51,472 nt of DNA from an uncultured Pseudomonadota bacterium (GCA_964519365.1 CAZFHP010000002.1:7527-58998); one strand, 5' to 3'. Positions 16,336 through 24,521 are shown, counted from the stretch's first letter. Notes: generated by a model not told the origin, from the sequence alone. A program made the numbers and translations.

Positions 16336-17224
16336 GTTGGTTTTCCCGTGTGTTAACGAGATCTAAGATAAGATCAGCTATTTTTTGTTCTAAATCTCGA
16401 TTAAAGATCATGTGTCCCATCTTTGGGATAATTTCTAAATGAGAGTTTGGTATCGCTTTATGTGTTGCTTGCGCATGTGATGGAAGCATAAGATAGTCTT
16501 CTTGCCCGTGAATAATAAGTGTTGGGTCTGTGATTTTCTGTAAATCTTGTTTTGTTAGTTTTACGTGCGCCTGAGCGCGCACATGATTATGTGGGACTTC
16601 AAATGCTTTAATTTGTTTGTCTTTTGTTAAGAACATGTGATTTGATCGCATGTAAAGATCTTCGATATATGCTTGTGCTATATTTTTATCAAACTCAGCT
16701 GTGCCGTTTAGATATTCATATGATCGTAAAAAGCCATAAAGACTCTCTTTAAAATCTAATGTTGGTTTATTAGCAAGTAAAAGCTCCCATGTTTTTTCTA
16801 AACGAGTGTGTTCTTGTTCGGTTACTTTTATGTCTCCAGGATAAGGCGTCGAAATAAGAGTAATGCTTGAGCATAGATCTTTATGCGTAAGGGCACAAAG
16901 TTCTGCGGTTGTTCCACCCATAGATATACCAATCAGATGAGCTTTTTCTACGTTATACGAGTTTATGATAGCAAGCGTATCGCTTACAAGATCGTTTATT
17001 ATGTATGGGTTTTGTGTGTAATCTATTATTGACGATAACCCGGTATCTCTATGATCATAGCGAATAACGAAATAGTTTTTACTTGCAAGATATTCGCAGA
17101 ATTTTTGATTCCAAAGGGTTGCAGGGGCCATGGCTCCTGCTATTAACACAATGGCCGGGTTGTAGAGTTCCCCAAACGATTCTACCCATAATCGAATTGA
17201 GCCATGTTGAATTGTTTTTTCCAT
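16328..17224 (-). CDS. Alpha/beta hydrolase
   Basis: The nucleophile elbow is GISMGG, HGQEDY is present, and MGHMIFNR lies near the C-terminus. It is a paralogue of 7586-8473. Confidence 0.85.
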   Translation of the reverse strand: MEKTIQHGSIRLWVESFGELYNPAIVLIAGAMAPATLWNQKFCEYLASKNYFVIRYDHRDTGLSSIIDYTQNPYIINDLVSDTLAIINSYNVEKAHLIGISMGGTTAELCALTHKDLCSSITLISTPYPGDIKVTEQEHTRLEKTWELLLANKPTLDFKESLYGFLRSYEYLNGTAEFDKNIAQAYIEDLYMRSNHMFLTKDKQIKAFEVPHNHVRAQAHVKLTKQDLQKITDPTLIIHGQEDYLMLPSHAQATHKAIPNSHLEIIPKMGHMIFNRDLEQKIADLILDLVNTRENQHA

Positions 17225-17253
17225 AGAGTTTTTCTCCTCAGTGAAATATATTT

Positions 17254-18846
17254 TTATTTTATTTCGATCGTTTCTTTTATGCTTATGTTTTGCAAGAACG
17301 TAGCATCGTGAGATACGGCTATTATTGCACCTTTATAATTTCTCAGAGCACGCTCGATACTTGCAATACTTTCTAAGTCCATGTTGTTTGTTGGTTCGTC
17401 TAGTAAAATAAGTTGAGGCGGGGTATCGCCCATTAAAACACAGGCAAGTGCTGCGCGCATTTTTTCTCCGCCACTTAGATTTTTAATACGTTTATGTGCA
17501 TCGTCATGAGCAAACAAAAAAGATGCGAGTCGCACTCTGCAATCTGTTTCTTTTGTATTTTTGTTTAAATGTTTAAAGTTTTCAAGTATTGTTTGTTCTG
17601 GATCTAAGAGGCTTAACGTTTGATCGAGATAGGCGCACTGCTTTACGCCAACTTTGATTGTTCCCCTTGTTGGAATAAGTTGCCCCATGATTAGTTTTAG
17701 CAACGTTGTTTTTCCTGAGCCGTTTTTGCCAGAGATAGCAATGCGCTTGGGGCCAGTTATTGTCATGTTAAAGCCAGATAATATTAGTTTATGTCTTGGA
17801 TATGCAAACGATAAATTTTGAATTTCTAAGACTAACTTTGTATTATGAACACGTGTTGCTTCAAGTTCAAAATTAAAAATATCTTTTTGTTCAAGCTTTG
17901 ATTTTGCCGTTACGAGTTTATCTCGTGCTGTTTCTAGTTGCTTATCTGTTTTTGATTCAAGTTTGCTTTTAGTTTTTTCAGCCCGGCTTTTTTTGTAATC
18001 AAGAAACATTTTGGGATGGCTTTTGTTGCGACGAGCTTTGTTCCCAATTTTTACTCGTTTGTCGTAACGTTCTTTGCTTACTTGAACTGTTTTTTTTGTT
18101 TTTTTTAGATGTTTTTGTGCGTTAATAAGATCTTGTTCCAGAGTTTCTTGCTCTATGGCTTTTTGTTTAACGTAATCAGTATAATTACCACCGTACGTTT
18201 TGAGTCCCAGTTGTGAAAGCTCTATAATTTGATCCATTAATTTCAGTAATTCTCGATCATGACTTACAATTAAGATTCCACCATTAAAGTTTTTTATAGC
18301 GTCATATAGGGCTAATCGTGATTCGCTGTCTAAGTTATTTGTTGGTTCATCGAGAATCAAGAAATCAGATTTGTTTATGAGCAATCGGGCAAAAAACACA
18401 CGTGTTGTTTGCCCGCCACTTAACGTTTTGATTTGTCGTGATAAGTTTAATTCTTTCAGGTTGCATCGATGCAAAATTTCTTTAGCTTGTTCGACAATAT
18501 CCCAGTCATCGCCAATAATATCAAAGTCTTCTTGACTTGCTTGCCCCGTGTTAACTTGTTTAAGAGCTGCTATTTTTTTGTTGATACCAAAAACTTGAGC
18601 AATTGTTTGATTTTGATTGACAACGAAATTCTGCGGCAAATATCCAATTTTGCACTGTGTGTGAACAACGCCTGTTTGTGGCGCCAACTCACCAATTATT
18701 AATCGTAATAAAGTCGTTTTGCCTGTGCCATTTGAACCAACAAGGCCTGTTTTTTTGTTGTCCAAACTCAGCGATAAGTTTTTGAACAAACTTTTGTCAT
18801 CAAAAGAATAAGATATATTTTCGCAAATAATGTTTCTTTTTAGCAT
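17254..18846 (-). CDS. ABC-F family ATPase (two fused ABC domains, no transmembrane domain)
   Basis: Two Walker A motifs (GSNGTGKTT, GKNGSGKTT), two signature motifs (LSGGQ, LSGGE) and two Walker B motifs (ILDEPTNNLD, LLDEPTNNMD) are separated by a ~90-aa Lys/Arg-rich linker. Confidence 0.9.
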   Translation of the reverse strand: MLKRNIICENISYSFDDKSLFKNLSLSLDNKKTGLVGSNGTGKTTLLRLIIGELAPQTGVVHTQCKIGYLPQNFVVNQNQTIAQVFGINKKIAALKQVNTGQASQEDFDIIGDDWDIVEQAKEILHRCNLKELNLSRQIKTLSGGQTTRVFFARLLINKSDFLILDEPTNNLDSESRLALYDAIKNFNGGILIVSHDRELLKLMDQIIELSQLGLKTYGGNYTDYVKQKAIEQETLEQDLINAQKHLKKTKKTVQVSKERYDKRVKIGNKARRNKSHPKMFLDYKKSRAEKTKSKLESKTDKQLETARDKLVTAKSKLEQKDIFNFELEATRVHNTKLVLEIQNLSFAYPRHKLILSGFNMTITGPKRIAISGKNGSGKTTLLKLIMGQLIPTRGTIKVGVKQCAYLDQTLSLLDPEQTILENFKHLNKNTKETDCRVRLASFLFAHDDAHKRIKNLSGGEKMRAALACVLMGDTPPQLILLDEPTNNMDLESIASIERALRNYKGAIIAVSHDATFLQNISIKETIEIK

Positions 18847-18865
18847 TTCAAACCGCTAGCTATTT

Positions 18866-19276
18866 TTATTTGTCTTCAAAAATATTTGATTGATCTCTAT
18901 CTGGTATAGATATCTTTTTAAGTACAAAGCGCATGATGCTCTTTGCTTGTTTAATTGCTAGTTCAGCGTCTACCTTGTCTGGGATGTCAAATTCTGTTGG
19001 GTACCTAAATCTTGTTGAGAATGGATTTAATGCATCTGCTTTGTCATACATTTTTTCAAAACCGGTATCAAATTTACTACACAGTTCAATAAGTTTGGTT
19101 AGGTCATGTGTTTTAATTATTGGGTGTTTTTTTAGTACAAGATAGCCCTTTAGGAATTTTTCTGCTGACTGTTGACAGTGGTACGTGACGGGAGAAAAAC
19201 GTTCGAGTTTTAGTAAATCTTTGGCTACGATTAGGTCTTCATGAGCAATACGCAACCATTCTTCATGCTCTTGCAT
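18866..19276 (-). CDS. HEPN domain protein, copy B
   Basis: The 136-aa ORF is collinear with copy A (YHCQQSAEKFLKGYL, KTHDLTKLIE, FRYP). Confidence 0.85.
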   Translation of the reverse strand: MQEHEEWLRIAHEDLIVAKDLLKLERFSPVTYHCQQSAEKFLKGYLVLKKHPIIKTHDLTKLIELCSKFDTGFEKMYDKADALNPFSTRFRYPTEFDIPDKVDAELAIKQAKSIMRFVLKKISIPDRDQSNIFEDK

Positions 19277-19583
19277 AGAGCACCTTTCCTTCTTCTTTTA
19301 TTTTGTAAACAAGAGTTGTTATTTCTTTAGATCTACGGTCAAACTCTTCTTTTGTGTAAACAATGATGTCTTTCGATATATTCAAACCACGGAGTGCTTT
19401 ATAGCCCGAAATGGGGCGCTTATAGGATTTTTCATCAGATTTATCAACAACGATTACTAAATCCAAATCACTATCTTTGGTTGGGGTTCCCCAAGCATAT
19501 GAACCGAAAATATAAATTGCGATGGGATCATATGTTTTGACAAGTCGATTTTTTACTTCATCAATGATTTTTTTGTTGATCAT
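19263..19583 (-). CDS. Minimal nucleotidyltransferase (MNT) antitoxin, copy B
   Basis: The 106-aa ORF carries IFGSYAWGTPTKDSDLDLVIVV and is collinear with copy A. Confidence 0.9.
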   Translation of the reverse strand: MINKKIIDEVKNRLVKTYDPIAIYIFGSYAWGTPTKDSDLDLVIVVDKSDEKSYKRPISGYKALRGLNISKDIIVYTKEEFDRRSKEITTLVYKIKEEGKVLYARA

Positions 19584-19618
19584 GATTTTGAATGCCCTTT
19601 CGATTTTTATTAGAGTTT

Positions 19619-20518
19619 TTATGATTCTAACATTCCTGCTACTTTTTCTAAAATATTTTGTTTGCCTGTGCAGTACTCCAAAAAGATCCAGTGATCAGTA
19701 TTAAACGTATAGTTGTGTTCTTCTATTGTTGGGTTAGGATCGCTAACAAAACCCCAGTTTAAGTAAGCTTGCTTTGCTGTCGTATTTGTTATGCGCGTGC
19801 ATAGAACAATGCGTTTTATGTCCGGGAGTATTTTCAAAATCGATCCCATGAGCAATTTCCCCAAGCCCTTATTTTGTTCTTCAGGCAACATGGCAAAAAC
19901 TGTGCATTTGATATCACCATAAGCATGTTCAGGGGTTATTAAAAAAGTAACAAACCCAAGAGTCTTGTTTGTTGTGTTGTCTTTGATCGATACAAAAATA
20001 TGCGCAATGTTAGCAAGCTTTTCTTTCATAGCGTTGGGAAATTGTGATGGATCGAATACAAAAAAGTTTTTGAGAATTTCTTGTGTCTTTTTTTCGACTA
20101 ACGTCCAGTTAACGTCTTTTATGTTGTTTTTAAACAGCTTTTCGAAGGGCTTAAAATATGCTTCTGTTCCGACAACGTCAGGATATTTTTTCAAAAAATC
20201 AACTTCTATTTTTGTGTATGCCGGGCGTGCAACATCCCAGACGCTTTTTAGTGCTGCTGCATAGTCTGGAGACAGCATGTCTGTTTTGAGCCAGTCTAAA
20301 ACAACAGGCCTGCCTGATTTATCTTTTGCTTGAAAAGAGCCTGTTTGTTTTAATTTTGTTAATTCGTTTACATGGCTAAGCCATGCTTGATTTTGTGTTT
20401 CGTTATTTGTTTTCATGGGAGTTCCTGCGTAAATGTTTATCAAAAAAATAGTGCTTGTGGTGAGCAATAACATCCATTTTTTGTTACGAATCAGTTGCTT
20501 TCGCTTGTTCTTCAGCAT
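19619..20518 (-). CDS. Signal-peptide protein with a C-terminal GNAT domain, copy B
   Basis: The start is taken at ATG 20518, with an AGGAG SD 5 nt upstream. GNAT motif A reads QNKGLGKLLMGSIL. Confidence 0.7.
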   Translation of the reverse strand: MLKNKRKQLIRNKKWMLLLTTSTIFLINIYAGTPMKTNNETQNQAWLSHVNELTKLKQTGSFQAKDKSGRPVVLDWLKTDMLSPDYAAALKSVWDVARPAYTKIEVDFLKKYPDVVGTEAYFKPFEKLFKNNIKDVNWTLVEKKTQEILKNFFVFDPSQFPNAMKEKLANIAHIFVSIKDNTTNKTLGFVTFLITPEHAYGDIKCTVFAMLPEEQNKGLGKLLMGSILKILPDIKRIVLCTRITNTTAKQAYLNWGFVSDPNPTIEEHNYTFNTDHWIFLEYCTGKQNILEKVAGMLES

Positions 20519-20526
20519 AATTACTC

Positions 20527-21324
20527 CTAAACGCAATCAAGACGTTTTTTCAAGCGATATATTGAATGCCAGCTAAGCAGGACAATAAACACACAAAGCA
20601 CAAGTATGCACACCCAAAAAGATAAGTAATCTTTTTGATCAAGCATAACGCCTCGTAGAAGTTCCATGGCATAGACGTACGGGTTTAATAAATTTATGTA
20701 TGCGAGCATAGGGTTAAACCCATACAAGACTTTCCAAGAAAACTGAAAGCATCCTAAGAACCACAGTGGATAGATAACCCGCATGATAGTGTTTTCAGCT
20801 GTTTCAACGCTTTTTGCACAACTGATGAGCCATAGCGTAAACACACCAAAGAACATATTGAATACGAAAAAAGCGAAAACAAATTGCAGGATTGAAATAT
20901 GTGAAAGATTTAATGTGTAAAATAGTACGAGCTTGCATGTTGGTATTGCTATGCTTGATATAATCGCGCAATTGATCATGTAAAAACACATATACTTAAC
21001 AAAGAGTAACCAATATGGAATTGGAAGGCTTAAATAGTATGAGATTTTTTGCTCCCCTTCTAAGTCTCCAAGAAAATTATAAAGTTGTGGAAATACCTCA
21101 AATCCTGATGCGCCAACAATTGTTCCTGCAGCTAAGAATGCTCCATATTCTAGTGATAGCCCAAATGCTGGTAATAGATAAGCCGTAACTGCAACCATAG
21201 TACTTACCCAGATTATTGAATTGATAACTTTATCAAAAACTTTATTGTGAAGTGTTGCCAAGTCTGTTTTGAGTAATTGCCAAAAGATGTGTGTGTACGA
21301 AAAAAGTTTTATGTTTTGTAACAT
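20527..21324 (-). CDS. ABC-2 type transporter permease, paralogue 2
   Basis: The 265-aa polytopic membrane protein lies directly downstream of a near-identical-length paralogue and an ABC ATPase. Confidence 0.8.
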   Translation of the reverse strand: MLQNIKLFSYTHIFWQLLKTDLATLHNKVFDKVINSIIWVSTMVAVTAYLLPAFGLSLEYGAFLAAGTIVGASGFEVFPQLYNFLGDLEGEQKISYYLSLPIPYWLLFVKYMCFYMINCAIISSIAIPTCKLVLFYTLNLSHISILQFVFAFFVFNMFFGVFTLWLISCAKSVETAENTIMRVIYPLWFLGCFQFSWKVLYGFNPMLAYINLLNPYVYAMELLRGVMLDQKDYLSFWVCILVLCVFIVLLSWHSIYRLKKRLDCV

Positions 21325-21390
21325 GTTTAGATCTTTCTTTTTATGTTTTTCTAACTTTTTTAAAAAGTTTACGGTTTTATTAGTAGCATG

Positions 21391-22188
21391 CTAGATACAG
21401 TCGAGTCGTTTTTTTAATCGATATATCGCATGCCAGCTGAGCAAAACAATAAAAACGCTGAGCATCAAAATGCAAAGTCCAAAAGATAAAGAATCTTTGG
21501 GATCAAGCATAACTCCACGCAAAAGCTCCATAGCATAAACGTATGGGTTTAATAAATTTATGTATGCTAGTATTGGGCTAAACCCGTATAAAACTTTCCA
21601 GGAAAATTGAAAGCAACCTAGGAACCACAGTGGATAAATAATACGCATGAACGTATTACCCATCCCCCCGACATTTTTCGTATAGCTAATAAACCATAGT
21701 GTTAGAACTCCAAATAGTGTGTTTATCATAAAAACGGCTATTATCAAACGTATTATTGATAATTGGGATAAGTCGAGCCGATTAAGTAGTACCAGCTTAC
21801 ATGTTGGTATGGCGACCGTTGAGATGAGCATGCAGTTTGTAATGTAAAAGCATATGTGCTTAACAAGTAATAGCCAGCTTGGTATTGGGAGCGTTAAGTA
21901 GTATGAAATGTTTCGCTCTCCATCCAAATCGCTGACAAACTGTACCATTTGTGGAAAGATTTCAAAGCCTGCAGAGCTGACAATTGAACCTGCGGCAAGA
22001 AATGCTCCATACGCTGGAGACAGTCCAAATGCTGGAAGCAAATACGCAGAAATAGCGACAACGGTACTAACCCATATCATGGAATTGATAATTTTATCGT
22101 GGAGCTGATCGTACAATGTTGCTAGGTCAGTTTTAAGCAATTGCCAGAATATATGTCTGTACGAAAACAGTTTTATATTTTGTAACAT
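21391..22188 (-). CDS. ABC-2 type transporter permease, paralogue 1
   Basis: The 265-aa protein has N- and C-terminal ~55 aa almost identical to paralogue 2, while the middle has diverged. Confidence 0.8.
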   Translation of the reverse strand: MLQNIKLFSYRHIFWQLLKTDLATLYDQLHDKIINSMIWVSTVVAISAYLLPAFGLSPAYGAFLAAGSIVSSAGFEIFPQMVQFVSDLDGERNISYYLTLPIPSWLLLVKHICFYITNCMLISTVAIPTCKLVLLNRLDLSQLSIIRLIIAVFMINTLFGVLTLWFISYTKNVGGMGNTFMRIIYPLWFLGCFQFSWKVLYGFSPILAYINLLNPYVYAMELLRGVMLDPKDSLSFGLCILMLSVFIVLLSWHAIYRLKKRLDCI

Positions 22189-22227
22189 CTGTTATCTTTC
22201 TTTTTTATAATTTTAAATTTTAAAAAA

Positions 22228-23025
22228 TTATTGTTCTGTTTCTTCGTGCATAAGCTGTATAAATACGTCTTCAAGCTTGCTCTTATCATAGGCTGTCTTA
22301 AGATTCTCAGGTGTATCGATTAAGCGAACTTTGCCCTTTTCGAGAATACAAATTCTGTCAGAAAGTATTTCGGCTTCGTCTAAATAGTGCGTTGTAAGCA
22401 GCACGCTGACGCCCTCGTTTTTGAGATTACGAATATTTTCCCAGAGCTCATGACGAATATGTGGATCAAGTCCAACGGTTGGTTCATCAAGAATAATTAG
22501 TTTTGGGCTATGCATAAGCGAGCGTGCAATAATAACGCGTTGTTTGTATCCACCTGAAAGCGTAGACGGGTTTGCTTCGGCGTATTCTGTGAGCTTATAC
22601 TTTTGCATGAGTTCTTGTGCCCGTTCTTGTGATTTTTGCTTGCTCAGCCCATAATAAATTCCAGCCCAAACAAGATTTTCTTCAACTGTAAGGGCAGTAT
22701 TAAGATTCGGCTTTTGCGGGCACAGGCCAATTATTTTACGAAACTCAGGAATATCGTCATAAATCGACTGTCCGTTCCACATGATCATGCCTGATGTTGC
22801 AGGATGAAGTGTAGCGATCAATGATGATAACGTTGTTTTGCCTGCACCGTTTGCGCCAAGCAGTCCCAGAATCTCGCCTTTAAAAATTTGAATCGAAACG
22901 CCTTTAAGGGCATCTATGATTCTTTTCCCATCTCGATACTGTTTTTTTACGTTTTTAATAGCGATAAGAATGTTATTGGTTTGTTCTGCTGGTTCTAGTT
23001 TTTGATTTTTTTGTGTGTTTGTCAT
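22228..23025 (-). CDS. ABC transporter ATP-binding protein (DrrA/NodI-like exporter ATPase)
   Basis: Walker A is GANGAGKTT, the signature is LSGGYKQR and Walker B is LILDEPTVGLD. The start is taken at MTNTQKN (ATG 23025); the longer track start would run into an intergenic repeat. Confidence 0.9.
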   Translation of the reverse strand: MTNTQKNQKLEPAEQTNNILIAIKNVKKQYRDGKRIIDALKGVSIQIFKGEILGLLGANGAGKTTLSSLIATLHPATSGMIMWNGQSIYDDIPEFRKIIGLCPQKPNLNTALTVEENLVWAGIYYGLSKQKSQERAQELMQKYKLTEYAEANPSTLSGGYKQRVIIARSLMHSPKLIILDEPTVGLDPHIRHELWENIRNLKNEGVSVLLTTHYLDEAEILSDRICILEKGKVRLIDTPENLKTAYDKSKLEDVFIQLMHEETEQ

Positions 23026-23065
23026 GAGTATCCCTTCTATGTTAGATGTTAAATGAAGCGTCCTG

Positions 23066-23094
23066 CTCTCCGAAGCCACCTGGGCGTAGGAGGG
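23066..23094. repeat. GC-rich 29-nt hairpin repeat, copy 1
   Basis: The sequence is ctctcc-gaa-gcc-acctg-ggc-gta-ggaggg. It has the same two-stem fold as copy 2, and its 19-nt core matches 31439-31457 at 18 of 19 positions. Confidence 0.6.
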
Positions 23095-23130
23095 TGTGAT
23101 CGAACATACGTATGGTTAGATATGGGCCTG

Positions 23131-23159
23131 TCCTCCGTAGTCACCTGGACGTAGGAGGA
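23131..23159. repeat. GC-rich 29-nt hairpin repeat, copy 2
   Basis: The sequence is tcctcc-gta-gtc-acctg-gac-gta-ggagga. The inner stem GTC/GAC replaces GCC/GGC of copy 1 with pairing preserved. Confidence 0.6.
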
Positions 23160-23295
23160 TTACGATGATAAATCGCGCGTACGCAAAAACTAAACAAAAT
23201 AAAAAATAATAAGTGTATCGTTGGAGAAATCCTACAATTACACGGCGTGTGGAACACGGCTTGCAAATCTGTAGATTTTGTTTAAGAAATTCGCG

Positions 23296-23334
23296 TTAAG
23301 AGGCGCGAACCATTAAAAAGACAGTCATTTTCAT
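23296..23334 (-). CDS. Candidate 12-codon leader peptide (MKMTVFLMVRAS) upstream of the ABC exporter operon
   Basis: AAGGAG (23344-23349, minus strand) lies 9 nt before the ATG at 23334. The stop codon sits in the loop of the TTCGCG/CGCGAA hairpin. Confidence 0.3.
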   Translation of the reverse strand: MKMTVFLMVRAS

Positions 23335-23374
23335 AGCGGGTTACTCCTTCACAAAAAGTATTAAAGATTTTTTA

Positions 23375-23402
23375 ATTCTAACAAAATATTAAAATAAGTC
23401 AA
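23375..23402 (-). promoter_or_regulatory. Putative sigma70 promoter TTGACT-16-TAGAAT for the leader/ABC exporter transcript
   Basis: On the minus strand, TTGACT lies at 23402-23397 and TAGAAT at 23380-23375. This is ~25 nt upstream of the leader SD. Confidence 0.35.
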
Positions 23403-23501
23403 ACTTTGGGTTTTAGTGTCATTTTGCAATATCTATCATTTCATATATTTTATAATTGTAAGGTGAGATTGAAATATCAAACGAAAAAAGAGGTATTTTT
23501 T

Positions 23502-24521
23502 ATGAGTAACAAGAAGATCACCATATGTGATACAAATATACATCCTGGTGAAGTGGCAAATCTTGCTTTACCATTACCAGAGCGATATTCATGTTCTCCC
23601 CTTTTTATGCCGATAAAAGTGATTCATGGTGAAAAAAAAGGCCCCTGTTTAATTATATTTTCAGGCTTAAAGGGAACAGAGCTTAATGGCCTTGAAATTG
23701 CCAATCGTATTATTAAATCTGTAACGCCATCAAAAATCTCAGGAACAGTTATTACGATTCCTGTTATGAATGTTTATGGGTTAACGCATTATCCCTTGAT
23801 GCTTCCCAAAGGGCATGATTTAAGTAATTGTTTCCCGGGTGATGAAAAAGGAACATTTGGTGAGAGAACAGCATATTTAATAACGCATGAAATTCTTAAA
23901 AAAGCTGATTACTGTGTAGAATTACAAACGGGTGACTTGAATCACAATATTTTGCCTCAAGTGTATTGTAATTTTGAGAATAAACGCGCTAAAAATTTAG
24001 CGAAAGTGTTTTGTGCGCCTGTTGTAACAAATGTTTCTACTGAAAATAATAAATTACGACAAACAACAGAAGAATTGCAAGTTCCTTTGCTTGTATACCA
24101 AGCCGGAGAAGCGATGCGTTTTGATGAAAACGCTATAACCCTCGGGGTTAATGGCGTTAAGAACGTTATGCGGGTAATTGATATTTTAGCAAAAGAACCA
24201 ACAGAAGAGGTGGTTCCAATTTTTTCTCGAGATGAAGATTGGATTGTGTCGCACAAAGGTGGTATTTTACATACGAGTGTTTCTTTGGGGCAAGCGATTG
24301 ATAAAGGTGAAACTATTGGGACAATTAGCGATCCCTTTGGAGCAGATATTATTGAACCTCTTTCGTCACCACAAAAAGGTGTTGTTGTAGGTGTTAACAC
24401 CGCGCCACTTGTTTATGAAGGATTGCCAATATTCAAAATAGCTTCATTCTTGGATTATGATAAAGCTGAGACTGTGATTGAAGAGTGGGATAAGAAACAA
24501 CCTGATAGTTATATAGGTTAG
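23502..24521 (+). CDS. Succinylglutamate desuccinylase/aspartoacylase (AstE/AspA, M14-like) family protein, possibly non-catalytic
   Basis: The start is taken at MSNKKITI (ATG 23502). The family layout is present (GP.LIIFSGL.GTELNG, NCFPG, ..L.TGD). However, positions expected to hold zinc-ligand His read K and Q. Confidence 0.75.
   Translation: MSNKKITICDTNIHPGEVANLALPLPERYSCSPLFMPIKVIHGEKKGPCLIIFSGLKGTELNGLEIANRIIKSVTPSKISGTVITIPVMNVYGLTHYPLMLPKGHDLSNCFPGDEKGTFGERTAYLITHEILKKADYCVELQTGDLNHNILPQVYCNFENKRAKNLAKVFCAPVVTNVSTENNKLRQTTEELQVPLLVYQAGEAMRFDENAITLGVNGVKNVMRVIDILAKEPTEEVVPIFSRDEDWIVSHKGGILHTSVSLGQAIDKGETIGTISDPFGADIIEPLSSPQKGVVVGVNTAPLVYEGLPIFKIASFLDYDKAETVIEEWDKKQPDSYIG

Larger units (their letters stand above)
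18866..20518 (-). repeat. Diverged segmental duplication, block B (GNAT-like + MNT + HEPN)
   Basis: See block A. Confidence 0.8.

Noticed and set aside
22228-23079. Long N-terminal extensions given by the ORF track (ABC ATPase from 23079, AstE-like from 23406, MutT from 26300, HTH from 10797, PfkB from 50962, GNAT-like from 20536, HEPN from 15152)
   Set aside because: The extensions run into intergenic repeats or neighbouring genes and lack an SD. Internal ATGs with SD-like sequences give family-typical N-termini and make paralogue lengths identical. The shorter starts are used.
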